Assembly: GCF_001194135.2 (NCBI RefSeq)
Contig: NC_068982.1
Span: 122,664,007 to 122,728,006, forward strand
DNA length: 64,000 nt
Direction of reading: 5' to 3'
Source of the DNA: Octopus bimaculoides
Taxonomy: Eukaryota
Of this stretch, positions 25,823-40,071 are shown in pieces. Both the position numbers and the translations under genes were made by a program. Position 1 is the first letter of the stretch. Each line of letters opens with the position of its first letter. Under the pieces are notes generated by a model. That model saw nothing but the letters and a program-made list of their open reading frames with translations, did no database searches and was not told the origin of the DNA.

Positions 25823-28233
25823 CCGCAGAATTTTCAAATGTAATGCAGCAGTGGATTTAGCACTCGCAAATCCCTGGCTTCTGATTAACTTGCTTCTTGT
25901 TGTTGAGCTTCTTGTTCAAGTTTCTAGTCTCAGAACTATTGCTCTTGTTAAAGTGTTTGGTAATTGTGCTATTAAAGTAATCTACCCCACTTAATAGTTT
26001 GTCACAGCAAGAAACAGATGGTACAAAAGATGCTCTTCAAAGAATTTCATTTGAATTTGTATTATTTGTCTCACCTGTAGTAGTTCTCATTAATCAAACA
26101 AAATTAAAATTAAAGAATATGAGAATAAGCCTACATACAAAACCCTGCCTTGTTAAAGTTACCGAGCACATTGGACTATTATTATTCTAATTTAGAAAAT
26201 AATAAGCTTTCTCAAAATAGGAGTTAGTCCATCTCTATCATATCTTTTTAAGAATCTTTTCTGATTGTCTTCAATTCAAAATAAGGTCATTGTAATTCCA
26301 GTTTGTGAATATATAGAAACTAAAGTTTCTATACCAATTATATTATGATTTTGATTTTCGTATTACCAAATCAACATCAATACATGATCTACATATACAT
26401 TATTATTTCATATTATTTCAGTTTTTATTTTGCAGATTGTTATTTTCAATTTTTTTAGATTTATTTTTTGTTTTAATTTATTTGTAAAATCGCATATTTC
26501 TTATTTCTTCCCAAACTCTTAACTGTTTCATATATTTAAACCTAAGTAAACAATAACCCTTTCTCCCCAACCCAAAAGACACAAGTTATTAACTTTATTT
26601 TGTTGTATTATTATTTATCATTATTATTTTTTTCTTTTTTGTATGTTTGGAAAGATCTGTACTCTTTATTTATGCTTTCATTTAATTATATTTCAGTTTT
26701 TGCATTTAAAGAAAGAATATAAGGAAAGATTTTGAATGTCTTTGTTACATATGATATAAAGTTATATAATTTTCCAGCACTTAGATTGATGAAATAATTT
26801 CATTGTTTCTCATTTTGTTTTTGTTTTTCTGTTCTTTTTATTTTTTCCAAAATATTTCTTTAGCCTATACCATTCTATATTTTTTGCAAAGAAATACATT
26901 TTAAGACATACATTAAATATATTTCAGTTAGCTTCAGTGGTTTATAATAATGCAGATATCGCTTGCATTACAGAAGCATTAAGTTTCCCAAAAATCTTGC
27001 CTTGATGTCAAGTTCCATAACAATGGAACCTAATTTCCCATTAACTTTCATTTTACATGGCAGTCAATGAACATGGAAGCCAAAGAGAAAATACGTTTTA
27101 CATTACAGAACTCTATATTAATGCTAGTTAATCATAAATGCAATGCAGCCATAATGTGAAGGAAGCCAGCATATGTTATAGCATGGGTAAATCAGAGTGA
27201 ACTAAAATATGTCTTCAAAAGGAACAGTTATGATAGTGTCTGTATCTTGTATAAATGTTAACAAAATAATAATATTTGGCATAAGTCAATAATTAAGTTA
27301 TTTATTAGTTTACTAGCAAAATTTAGGTTTTGTCACAGAGAGCCAACATAATCTTAGGAATAAAGTCACAATAACAAATTTTAATAATACTCTAACCAAA
27401 AATCATTGAACCAGAAATAGGAGCCTCCACATGAGCTTTAGGTAACCTCAAATGATAAAAAAATAAATAGGTAATTTCAGTAAAAAAGCAAACAACAAGC
27501 CAAAAAATCAACGTATATTTATATTACCAATTCATAGCAAGGATATTCAACTAAGGATATTGAAATGTAAGATTATCATTATAAAAGGTATCCAGCATAC
27601 TCACTCATATACTTTTATTCTGCCAATATATCTTCCTTCTTTAAATGGTCTGTGTAAGGCATGAGAAACTGAGAAAGCTTGCCAGTTCTTTTTTTGCCAA
27701 TCCAGTTTATAGTTACAGCTTATACCATCAAAGAGTATCAGAGTGGTTTCTTAAGCATATTATTTATAGTGGGAAACAATTGATGTTGTGCTGTCCATGT
27801 CTTTCCCTTGAGAATTAGTGATGTAAGTGAAATGGCCAAAATTAAGAGTTGTTAGCATATTGATATCTTAAATTCGCATTAAAAAGATTTCAATTCAAAA
27901 TCACACACACTTGCGCGCATGCACACACACACACACACACACGCATACACACACACACACACACACACACAGAGGTGTGTGTTGTGTGTGTGTGTAGTTT
28001 ATATAGGCTAGTCCAATTGTGAGTTACTCTGGAGTTTCCACATTGTGCAGCCATGTCTTCAGACAAGTCAAAACGGGTCCAGTTTAACTCAAAGCTTCAG
28101 CATGCTGTAATGAAACTTCAGGATAGCAGATCACAGGACCAGCATAAATAAACTACAATACTCTGCATTTTTATTGAGTACCACTCTCTAAGTCATTACT
28201 TAGCAACAGATGTGTATATATATATATATATAG

Positions 28234-28267
<34 letters not shown>

Positions 28268-28403
28268 NNNNNNNNNNNNNNNNNNNNNNNNNNNNNNNNN
28301 NNNNNNNNNNNNNNNNNNNNNNNNNNNNNNNNNNNNNNNNNNNNNNNNNNNNNNNNNNNNNNNNNNNNNNNNNNNNNNNNNNNNNNNNNNNNNNNNNNNN
28401 NNN

Positions 28404-28454
<51 letters not shown>

Positions 28455-28829
28455 TTGCTTTATGTTCAATGAATGAATGAGAATGAAGTGCTCAATGTTG
28501 TAGAGAATATAGTATTTTTATTAAAACTGAAACTGAGAGTTTGCCTCATGACTCAGTCTCACACCTCTACGATCTGCAGGTAAAGTGACATGAAACACAC
28601 ATCACAAGACAAACTTTCAGCTGTGGTTCTAATAAAAAATTATATATATATACATAAACACACACATATATATATATATATTATATGTCTCTTTTGTGAT
28701 AGCATATTTATAATGAGAAATTGTTTAAAGATATTTCTTTTGAAATTTAACTCAGATTAAATATTTTTAACAATGTACAGCATATAAACAATTTTCAAAA
28801 CACTCTCTCTCTCACACACACACACAAGT

Positions 28830-29950
28830 TGTACTTAAATATGGAAAACGTGGCAAGGTAAATCTTCCTTAATATGAAAGTACTACCCATCATAGTCTCA
28901 GTCATAAATAATGCATTTGGACCAGTGTCAAACCCAATACTTTCAAATCCTCATTGAAAAAAATCAGGTGTGCACTATTGTACTTTATACTTTGCAGTCA
29001 CTTTCTCCACATCTGTGCTGTCAAATTGTTCTCCACAAAAACTGTATATTATTGGTCCAAACAGATGAAATTCAGCATGCACCAGATCAGGGCTATATTG
29101 TGGATGGGAGACCACTGACTATCTCAATTTGTCAATTGCCTGATTTGTTACCAAAGTTATGTTTGGTTGCATGTCATTATGTATATATGAATCGTTTCCA
29201 AATTCATGTTTGGCTCTTCTGTCTTAATGATTTCTCAAAGCCTTTAAGTTTTTTAAATGTCTCAATGTTCTACTTGCTGGTTGTGATACAATCATGTTCC
29301 AGAAAATCAGAGAGAATGATGACCTTGTAATCCCCAAAAACAGTCATTGTGATTTTCTGTTCCTTGAATTACTTAGTCCTTGGACAGGAGGGTGATGCTT
29401 TTCTATAGACTATGCCTTCTTTACCAGATCATAAAAAGGGGGGCTACATTTCATCTTCTGTCACCGGATGAGAAAAAAGGCATGTCTTCATTGGTTTCAA
29501 ATGTTTCCACAGTCAGAGCAGGCTTTCACCATTCTCTCCTTCAAACTGTGTGTTAACTACTGAGTTATCCATTTTGCATACACTTTCCAAAAGCTAAAGT
29601 CTTCCTCCATAGATCTGTTGTGTAGCAAGCCTACAGATGAGAGCTTGTCTGTCCATGTGAATCAAATTATGTCCTCATTGGTGATTTGTGTCAGTGGTTG
29701 CAGTTATGGTCTTCCACTCCATGGATTGTCTTCAATACTAGTTTCCTCTTCTTCATACTTTTTCATCCGTCTATGCTCATTGCTCTTGTCAGTAGTATCA
29801 TCTCTGTACACAACCTGTAATTTTCTGTGGATGCTGGATAGTCTGCACTTATTCTTCATAAAAAAAACTCAGTAGCAGTATATTGCTTCTACTTGGAACT
29901 CATTAATTGCTTGCAATAAAGAATAGAAAGAAGACAATATAGAATTAGAG
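28830..29950 (-). pseudogene. Degenerate mariner transposase relic
   Basis: Minus-strand HPQYSPDLVHAEFHLFG (mariner YSPDL motif) near 29053-29115; WSGRP motif near 29700; many stops and frameshifts. Confidence 0.7.
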
Positions 29951-30125
29951 TTACTTTGCCAACATGTACAATCTTAAATGACCTATGGCAATTAATAAAA
30001 AGGTTATGCTAACTTTTGCATTACTTTCAGTACAACTCTCACATGTGTGTGTATATATATATATAGAGAGAGAGAGAGGGGGGAGATAGATAGATAGATA
30101 GACATGTGTGTATACATACACACGC

Positions 30126-30150
<25 letters not shown>

Positions 30151-30157
<7 letters not shown>

Positions 30158-30452
30158 ATATCAGGATGGTCATTTTTTTTCAAAGAAACACACACACTAC
30201 ATATTCATTCTTCACTCATTTATTACTGTTCTTATTCTAACTCATGTCCATTGTCCGGAAATCTTTCATCACACATCTGTGACCTCCTCAGCAACACTTT
30301 CCATCTCTGTGTGTGCTCTTGCTCTGCTTATTCCATTCTCCAGGCAATGGACATGAGTTAGAATAAGAACAGTAATAAACAAGTGAAGAACGAATATATA
30401 GTGCATGTGTTTATTTGGCAAAACAGAAAATGACCATCCCGAAATACAACAA
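30151..30452. mobile_element. About 300-bp fold-back MITE with about 110-bp terminal inverted repeats
   Basis: 30151-30259 vs reverse complement of 30339-30452, roughly 85% identical by eye, including a perfect run tttattactgttcttattctaactcatgtccattg. Confidence 0.85.
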
Positions 30453-31718
30453 TGTATATTTCAGCACGACTTCATGTCAGGAAACTTGCAACAGAAATTC
30501 ATAAATGTCTATATATATATATATATAAATAATGTAAAGAAATAATCTCATACTGAAAACTCCTCCATAAACTTAAAAAATAGTTAGTACAAATTTTCTT
30601 CAGCTTTTCTTTATAACACTCAGTATTTTAGTTTACAATATTCTTTGTTTCATTATTATTATTATCATTATTATTATTATTATTATTATTATCACCATCA
30701 CCATCTTCATCATCATTATTATTGTGCTTTGTGATATTTGTCCCTCCTCTTTAAGTTCTGAGCTTAAATTTTGCCATGGTCAACTTTACTTTTCATCCTT
30801 TTGGAGTCAAAAAATAAAGTATCTATAAAGTACTGGAATTGATGATATCAACTTACCTTTTCCTTCAACTTTGCTGACCTCGTACAAAATAAGAAACCAT
30901 CATCTCATCACCATTAACATCGTCATCATTCATTTGATTGCTTGTTTCAATTTATAGAAATTAACAAGGTATACATGAAGTGTAAGATAGGAAAATTGCT
31001 GTTTTGTTGCCGCTGTATTTTGTTATTATTCAATCCCTCATAGTCAAAATTATAAAATACATCTGGTGGTCAGCAGATGCTCCTGCAAGATGACTTTCAT
31101 ATGAGATGTAATATCACACAACTTGTAATTATTGTCAGTTTCCAGTATCAACAATTAAAGTGAATCAAGGCAGTTTAGGAATTAAGCAACTTCTCAATGC
31201 CTTTTCATTTTGATCAATGTGTACTTATGATACCACCAGGATAATACTAACTACCTTAACTCCTGGGGTATCAGGGAAATGAGTCTTTACATCAGCTCAT
31301 AGACACAATTTTGAAATGGAGGGGTGCACACACATAAGAATCTAGTACATATTTATTCTATTAAACCTGACGAAATGGAAGATAAAAGTAAAAAATGGTA
31401 TGATTTAATTTCAGAATATTTAGTGGAAAAACTAAATACAGTTTAGGTATTTAATTTGATGATGTGTTGTTATTGTCATTCTGTATAATAATAAATAATA
31501 ATGATGATGATTTCAAATTTTGGCACAAGGCCAGCAATATCGGGGGAGGGGTAAGCCGATTACATCAACCCCAGTGCTCAGCTGGTACTTATTTAATGAC
31601 CCCGAAAGGATGAAAGGCAAAGCCAACCTCAGCAAGATTTGATCTCAGAATGTAAAGATGAACAAAATGCTTAGCAGCATTTTGTCCAGCATGCTAACAA
31701 TTCTGCCAGCTCATCGCC

Positions 31719-31752
<34 letters not shown>

Positions 31753-34700
31753 TAAACAACCTTTCTACTATAGATACAATGCCTGAAATTTTTGAGATGG
31801 GCTTAATCAATTATATTAACCCCAGTGTTCAACTAGTACTTATTTTATCAACTTTGAAAGGATGAAATGCAAAGTCAACCTCAGAGGAATACTTCTACTA
31901 ATAGTAATAATTTTGGCACAAGGCCAGCTGTTTTGATGAGAGGGGCAAGTTGATTCTGTTTACTCCAGTATGTGGCTAGTACTTTATTTTTTTATTACAA
32001 CCTATTTGGATTGATCGCAACTTTTATTACTTCATTTACTTTAGTAATATTTGTTATTGTGTTTTTTTTTCTTTATTATCTTTTGGTTTATGTTTAGAAA
32101 AACTATATGCTTACATAAATGAATAAAAGAATTAAATAAAATTGATATATTTATAAATACATTTAGCATTAGAAATTGGTTTAAAAAAATGATATACTTT
32201 AAAACAGAAAATAAATCAAATATCCTTTAAGTAACCATTATACATCATACAATTCATCTTGTTAACTGTGATCTTTACCCATTTCTGTCTAGAAGAACTG
32301 GCAATCTTATATTTTTATGACATCTTTCATTTTTGACCTATATGTCGTCTTGGCTGAATTTAGCAAATTTCTAAGATTGCTCCATTTATCATAATCTCCC
32401 ATTCTTTGGCACTATGAATATTTTGTGTGTTTTCTTTTTTCTGTACTCGTACCACCTATTGATTACTGTGACAATTGCATTTTAATGCCTTCCATGTTGG
32501 CTGCTATAAAGAATTGCTGCTTTTGAATTGTCTGTGATTCCTTGCTTCTTAAATTTTCAGATTTCTTTTTACTATTAGGAAAATTCTATGCATGTTTATT
32601 GTCATATATATATATATATATATATATAAATTGTGTGTGTGTGTGTATACATGTGTGAGCATAGATGACATAATAACAAAAAATATTGAATTTTAAATAT
32701 ATGAAGTTGATACACACTGTTTTCTGATCTTGTTCATTCATGTAAGATATGTGCAACATTTGTGTCAAAGGTTGTTTCTAGGAGTGATTCAAATGATAAA
32801 AACAGCTGAATTTGTTGGATCATCTTTATGTATGTTGTTCTGTTTAAACCAGCCTTGTATTTAGTGATATGACTGAATATGTACGGTCTGTTTGTCTCTC
32901 TCATTCTCATATATATATACTTGCCTTAAATCACAGCTGTTTCTATGAGCAAGATAGACAGAAAGGGGACAACTGGCTTTGTCTGTTGGGACTGCAGCAT
33001 TGCAATCATCAACTGGTTCTGTGGCATCTAGCATAAAGCAACCTTCAAATTCTCTCAGTTTGATACTGTGGACTTCTATTCTTCTATTTTGAAATCTCTC
33101 CTTCTAAAAGCCTTAGTTTTGGGAGATAATTCACTAGAGTCAGCAACCTTGATATCAGAATAATCCTAAATGCCAACAAGTCCCTTTTCCACAATAATTC
33201 CTATTGAGTCGTTAACGTATCCATGGAGAACTATGACAGAGCTGAAGTCACTGACCTTATTGATCATTTATCCTGGATACCCTAAAAAACATATACTAAT
33301 AGTTCAGTGTTGCACAAACACAATAACTCGGTAATCTCAAACAGTATGACTAGCCAAATATCTTTATAGAGTGCAGCCTGAACATAACTGTCACTACTTA
33401 CCTAACTAAAGTTTCTTGGATATACTGACAAATACAAGGCCTAATCCTATACAAGGCCTAATCAGGAAAATGTATACGTCCATGAAAATTTCAACCTTCC
33501 CCCAGCTATCATTAGTGATCTATTAACAGCTGAAGAAACTCTAATTTATTGACAGGTAGATATCTTCAATGTGGAGACACTAGTAAAGAGTGGCTTTAGT
33601 GAGAAGTTAGTATATATGGAAGATCCTCAACCCCAACCCTAAAGAGAATTGGAATTAGAAATGTAATGTGATTCATTCCTTCATTCAATTTAGATACCTC
33701 TACAAATATAGCTAAAAGCTTCTTGTCTATAATTAGACAGCATTTCCCAAGCATCCATTAGTACCACAAACTTTTTAATGCCTATAACATTAAGGTTAGC
33801 TACTTATATCTAGATAACATCACACCCAATATTGCATGCTAAATCTGCCTGGCCCATATGTAAATGCAGAGCAGACAATACTTGTTTGCTCATAGTGAGA
33901 TTACTCTCTTTTAATCAACCATAATTACTATCTTATATTGTCTACTTTTGCTAACACCTAGCAACTGATAAGGTTACACATAACACAGCAACAATTAACC
34001 TGATAAGGTTCACCACATGGAACAATAACAATGGCAGTAAGCATTTATTTCCATTCACAGTTGCTAACTACATAAATTCTAAACACAGTAGATCAGCAGA
34101 GGACAATATGCTGTCTGCTCTGCCACATGGACCAACAAATATAAATATCTGTTGTCAAATGTCTGTACACTTCCATAAATGTCCTGATCCAACCAATGGA
34201 GATGCCCAACTATTATCATTTCAAGGCCATATATTTTCTTTGTTACCAAGGACTCAAATAAGTTGGATATTCAGAATAACATTTTTAAAACCCTAAGTAA
34301 TCCAATAAATATGTGTATATGTAGATATATGTGTGTGCATGTATGTTTGTATATGCATACACACACACATATATACTTATATATGTATACATATGTGTAT
34401 GTATATATATATATATATATATATATANNNNNNNNNNNNNNNNNNNNNNNNNNNNNNNNNNNNNNNNNNNNNNNNNNNNNNNNNNNNNNNNNNNNNNNNN
34501 NNNNNNNNNNNNNNNNNNNNNNNNNNNAAGAGACCGATAGAATAAGTACTAGGCTTACAAAAAATAAGTTCTGGGGTTGATTTGTTCAACTAAAGGTGCT
34601 CCAGCATGGCTGCAGTCACTTGACTGAAACAAAGAAAAATAGGAAAAAAATACATACACATGAGAATGCTTAAAAGAGAGAGAGACAGACAGACATGTTT

Positions 34701-35097
34701 GTCATTTAAGTGTGTACATGTGTGTGTGTGTGTGCGTGCGTGTGTGTGTGTGTGTGTGTATGTGTGTGTGTGCGTGTGTGTGTGTGTGTGTGGATATAGC
34801 TGCAACAGTTCTTATCACACAACTATGTATATATCCCAATGCATGATTTGCTTGATTTATCCTTTCCCCACCTCTCAGTGTTGTGTAAAGAAAGAATTTC
34901 ATATCGTTTGCTTGTTGTACACTGGTGCTAGTTTATGGTCTGTTGTGAACTTCTTGTTGTAACTTCATGCAAATATTTTTTCTGATTCAGTCTATGACTA
35001 AATAAATAAACATACATGTATGTACACAATTACACACATATATATATATAGATGTATGTATATGTGTGTGTTGGGGTACATATACATGTGTGTATAT

Positions 35098-35150
<53 letters not shown>

Positions 35151-36362
35151 TATATATANNNNNNNNNNNNNNNNNNNNNNNNNNNNNNNNNNNNNNNNNN
35201 NNNNNNNNNNNNNNNNNNNNNNNNNNNNNNNNNNNNNNNNNNNNNNNNNNNNNNNNNNNNNNNNNNNNNNNNNNNNNNNNNNNNNNNNNNNNNNNNNNNN
35301 NNNNNNNNNNNNNNNNNNNNNNNNNNNNNNNNNNNNNNNNNNNNNNNNNNNNNNNNNNNNNNNNNNNNNNNNNNNNNNNNNNNNNNNNNNNNNNNNNNNN
35401 NNNNNNNNNNNNNNNNNNNNNNNNNNNNNNNNNNNNNNNNNNNNNNNNNNNNNNNNNNNNNNNNNNNNNNNNNNNNNNNNNNNNNNNNNNNNNNNNNNNN
35501 NNNNNNNNNNNNNTATATATATATATAAAATTATGAAACTTTTAATGATTGTTGTTATTAAAGAAATTTGGATGTTTTTTTTCCCAAATTAGATTATAAT
35601 TAACTTAAAATCTCAACATCACTTCAAAAAATGGTTTCCTCCTGAAAAAGTGAATAAAAACATACTCACAATCAATCAATAGTGACTTATTTTATAACAA
35701 ATACATAATATAAATAAAGAAAGAAAATCAAAACTCTGTATTCTAAAATATATTAATCAACAATATTTCTATATTTCTTCTGAAATATAGGAGGAAGTGA
35801 AAAATGTTTAAAAACTGCCTATAAAGATTTAATATTTCTACAGTTGATGAAAGAAATATTGATCTCTTACCTGCAGAATATCAGATTTCCTTCATTTTGG
35901 TGTAGGGTAATTAATGATTTGAAATTCAATAATTCCTTTCTTTTTAAATTTCAACCTCTTCAATTGCAATCAATAATTTCAATTTTTAATAATATTAGAT
36001 ATAGGCAGACATGGTCTTTCTTGACAGTACATAACAAGGGATATAACTCTACCTCCATTTAGGACTAATGGAGTGATTACAGTTACATAAGATATAAAAT
36101 TATCAGAATTTTCAAAAAAGCCTGAACCATTATTCAAATATTCATCGAAAGAGCTACTCACTTTGATATAGATAAACCATACCCTTCTGTTGTAAAAGTG
36201 AGAAGGATACATTAAATAATGTAGTCCTAAATTATGATAAGATTTGTCAGGCTTGTGAACGTTGGCTTGTTCAATAAAGGTGTAGACTTGGAGTTAATCA
36301 ACAACTTGGATGCTCAAGTATCATTGTTAATATTGTTAATGTGCTTCCTGTGTACATGCATA

Positions 36363-36399
<37 letters not shown>

Positions 36400-37648
36400 T
36401 GCACACACATGCACATGTGTGAGTGTGTGTGTTTGTGTGTGTGCATCTAGGCATAGTATGGCCAAAAGGTTAAGATCTTTGTTTTGCATCAAAGAGGTCT
36501 AGGGTTCAATTCCACTGTGTGACACCTTGGCCAAATGTCATTTTCTATAGCCTTGTGTTGATCCATAACTTCTGAGTGAAATTGGAAAGGCAAAAACTGC
36601 AGAGAAGACTCTCAAGTGGATTGAACCTAGAATTCAGAAAGTACAGCCTTATCACTCACTGTTTTTTTACTGACTCTACACTTCACTCGGAGAAATACAT
36701 GAATACTACATCTGCAGAATGTTCAGTCATTATTTGTTAATACTGGAGCTGATAATTTAGTTGATTAAACAACTGAATCATCATTGTTGAACAATGGACA
36801 TCTACCACTTATAGCAGGAAACATAGATGAGGGCAGCAGCATCAAACTCCCTCATTCACTAAATACCTCATATCAAAGAAGGTTTCAGATAATGAAGGTG
36901 TAGCACAGCCAACGGTGGTGCCCCAGCATGACCACAGTTTTTGAAGCTGAAACAAGTTAAAGAGTTATATATATATATCATCATAATCGTTTAACGTCCA
37001 TTTTCCATGCTGGCATGGGTTGCACCAGGTTCCAATCTGATCTGGTGTAGTGGTTGTTTTTTACGTGCCACTGGCATGGGAGCCAGTCAGGCAGCACTGG
37101 CATCAGCCACATTCAGATGGTGCTTTTCATGTGCTACCAGCACAGGAGCCAGTTGGGGGAGTGGGGCTGGCATGTATATATAATAATTGATGAAGAAAAT
37201 GGAAGATAGATTTAACACTTGTCTTTATTCAGTATGACAATTGTTTCAACTCATCCTGAAACTGTCTGTTATGGGTAAGATATTGTGCATCTAATTGTGT
37301 TGCATCAATCTGTGCAGATTGTGTCAGATCAGGTGCATGCTTAAAGAATGGGTCATCCCACTAGATACACTAGATATATTAGTGGATGTCCCACTAGATT
37401 GATGTAACACATTGGGATGCACAGACAGTTGCAGGATGGGTTGAAATGATTGTCATACTGAATAAAGACTAGTGCTAAATCTATTTTCTGTTTCTTTTGT
37501 CAATTATTATCTCAACTAACACTGCAGAATTCCTGAAGTAGATCTAGAAAAAATATATCCCAACTGTGGATGACACCAGGCAGCCCATACTGTGAATGCG
37601 CTTTACTCAACACACTAATTGACATATACTTATTAGTCCAAAGACATT

Positions 37649-37694
<46 letters not shown>

Positions 37695-38867
37695 CACATA
37701 AATATATTAGCTCTATACATTGTAGCATGCATTGTGAATTATACTTTTGATAAAGCTTGTCTCTTGTTATAGCATAATGCTTCCAACTAGTTGTAGTTTT
37801 GTTTATATTTAATCCATGTTATTTAAATACCTCTATTATACTTTTAACTTTGGTTAAGTGTCGTGAAAGTTGTGATTAAATTCGGGTTATTTGTAGTTAG
37901 AAAATTATCCCATGTATTCACTATTGTGCTTCATTGTTGAGGTTTTACGTAAATCAGTGCAAAATTAATATAAATGCAATATGAAATACACAGTTGTCTT
38001 AGGACTATAAAATTCATTGAATTATTGTGATCATTTTCTCTCTGACATTATATTATAATTTAAGCGATGATTGATATTTTAGTCTGTAAAACCCAGTAGT
38101 TTAAAATGTGATATGGGATATATGTATACATACACATATGTTTACTTGCATAGTCATTGACATTGGTGAGGGAGAACTGAGACATGCACAAACCGATAGT
38201 GTTAAGTCAGCCAGTCAATATGGTTCAGTTCATGTTTGTTATGTATGAACAAATTTAATTTATTATATAGTTAGCTTCTTTAATATTAAATTTCTGATAT
38301 TAGTTTTGATATAATTGTAAGATCCTTCTTATGACATCTGTCCAAATGTTTTTAATGGCATAAGCATATGTATAAATGCAGATATGCAGTTTGAAAATGG
38401 TGTAACTAATGTAAGAACCTGCAACATTTATTATTAGTTAAGTTGTACATCATGTAGGATTATATATATGTTAACATTATTTGTAGAGCAGTTGGCTAAA
38501 GTGTGTATTTTGAAGCCATGCATAGATAAATCCCCAGACTGGAATTTTTTCAAGGATGATCCAAGGTGTGCCTGTTGTATTTTCAGTCCCTACATGTCCA
38601 ATACATGAAGCAGTTGTCCAGTTATTAGATTGTAGCAGTTTAAAAAAGATTTATGTTTTGTTGGTGGTGTGAACCTTCTTTCAATTTATATTACCTATCC
38701 AGTTTCCATCATAGAGTGGTGGGTAGGCATTAGATGTTAACATCCTTTGAAACTGCTAGAATTGGCAGGTTTGTTTCATGCTTCACTGCATCAGCTGTGT
38801 CAACATATTTCATTTTGTATTATGTAGGCATATCTGTATATGTATATATGTGTGTGTGTGGGTATAC

Positions 38868-38908
<41 letters not shown>

Positions 38909-38932
38909 TACAGACGCACACTCACTCACTCA

Positions 38933-38987
<55 letters not shown>

Positions 38988-40059
38988 ATGTGGATATACA
39001 TGATTAAAGTTCTGTAAGCATTCAAACTTTTCAGAATGTTGTCATATTCAGATGCTAAGAAATATTTTAATTTTATTGCAAGAGAATTAATAGCAATTCA
39101 ATAAACATACTGTCTTAGCTTTACATACTCCCTTAGCTGTACATGCTGTCTTAGTTATACACCATTCTCTTTCTTTGAGTTTGACATATAGCTCTGCACA
39201 AAGGAATGATATTCCAAACAAATATTTTATATGTTGTATGTAAAAATCTTTGAAGAATGCATAGTATTGTTTTGGGGCTGAATATTATTGAATTTGATGT
39301 GCTTATAAACACATTAATTATCTGATAAAACACTGAAATGATAGTAAAATTTTAATACGAATATGGAGCAGTTATTTTAGGTTTTGATAGGATGATTATT
39401 GACAAAAAAATTATACTTTGAGAAATTAATGATCAAAGCCTTTTGAGAGAGTTTAATAAAGTAAATAGTCTGCCATTTATAATCGTAAAAATTAAATCAA
39501 CTTCACCATTATTATTATTTTTTTTTTTTTTCATTAATTCCCCAAATAAGCCACATTGAAATTTCTCTTGCACATTCATTATTTTGCTTAAGTGTCACTT
39601 CTAACTTTTCAGATAATCTTCAATTAAGTGTTTTGAAGTAATTTTTCTAATGTGATGCTCTAATTCCATGGAATACTTATTAAATAAAAGAAAAGTTAGA
39701 ATAAATAAGCTTTGAAATTGTATTCATTTAAATGTGATCTGGAATGTCTGATAACTTTGTGTCTTACTTTCTTGTACGATAGACTTATATTGAAATTTAT
39801 CATTATTATTGTTGGTGTTATTATTATCATTATTATTATTATTATTAGTTAATATAGACTAATTTGTGTTTGAAATAATAAGATTAAATTGGTGTTTTCA
39901 TTTTCAGGGAGAGTTTAAAACTATGTAAGCTCTGTAGAATCTGGTGTATATTAAATGGTGTTGGAAAGACAACTTGCCATTTGTCTAGACTGAAATATGA
40001 AGAAAACTAAATTAGGAAATTTTATTTTGATTAGCTAACTATATTTTTATTTCAACTAG

Positions 40060-40071
40060 ATGATAGAAATG
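40060..40071 (+). CDS. unc-80: Candidate 12-nt in-frame microexon of unc-80 (adds D-D-R-N)
   Basis: Branch point CTAAC at 40035, T-rich tract, ctag acceptor, donor ATG|gtaaga; symmetric and open in phase 1; no RNA evidence. Confidence 0.5.

Noticed and set aside
25829-26090. 131-nt phase 2-to-1 hydrophobic exon on +, or a minus-strand frame interrupted by one TGA (readthrough/Sec idea)
   Set aside because: The acceptor has only an (ATT)n repeat as tract, there is no recognisable homology or SECIS, and low-complexity composition explains the open frames
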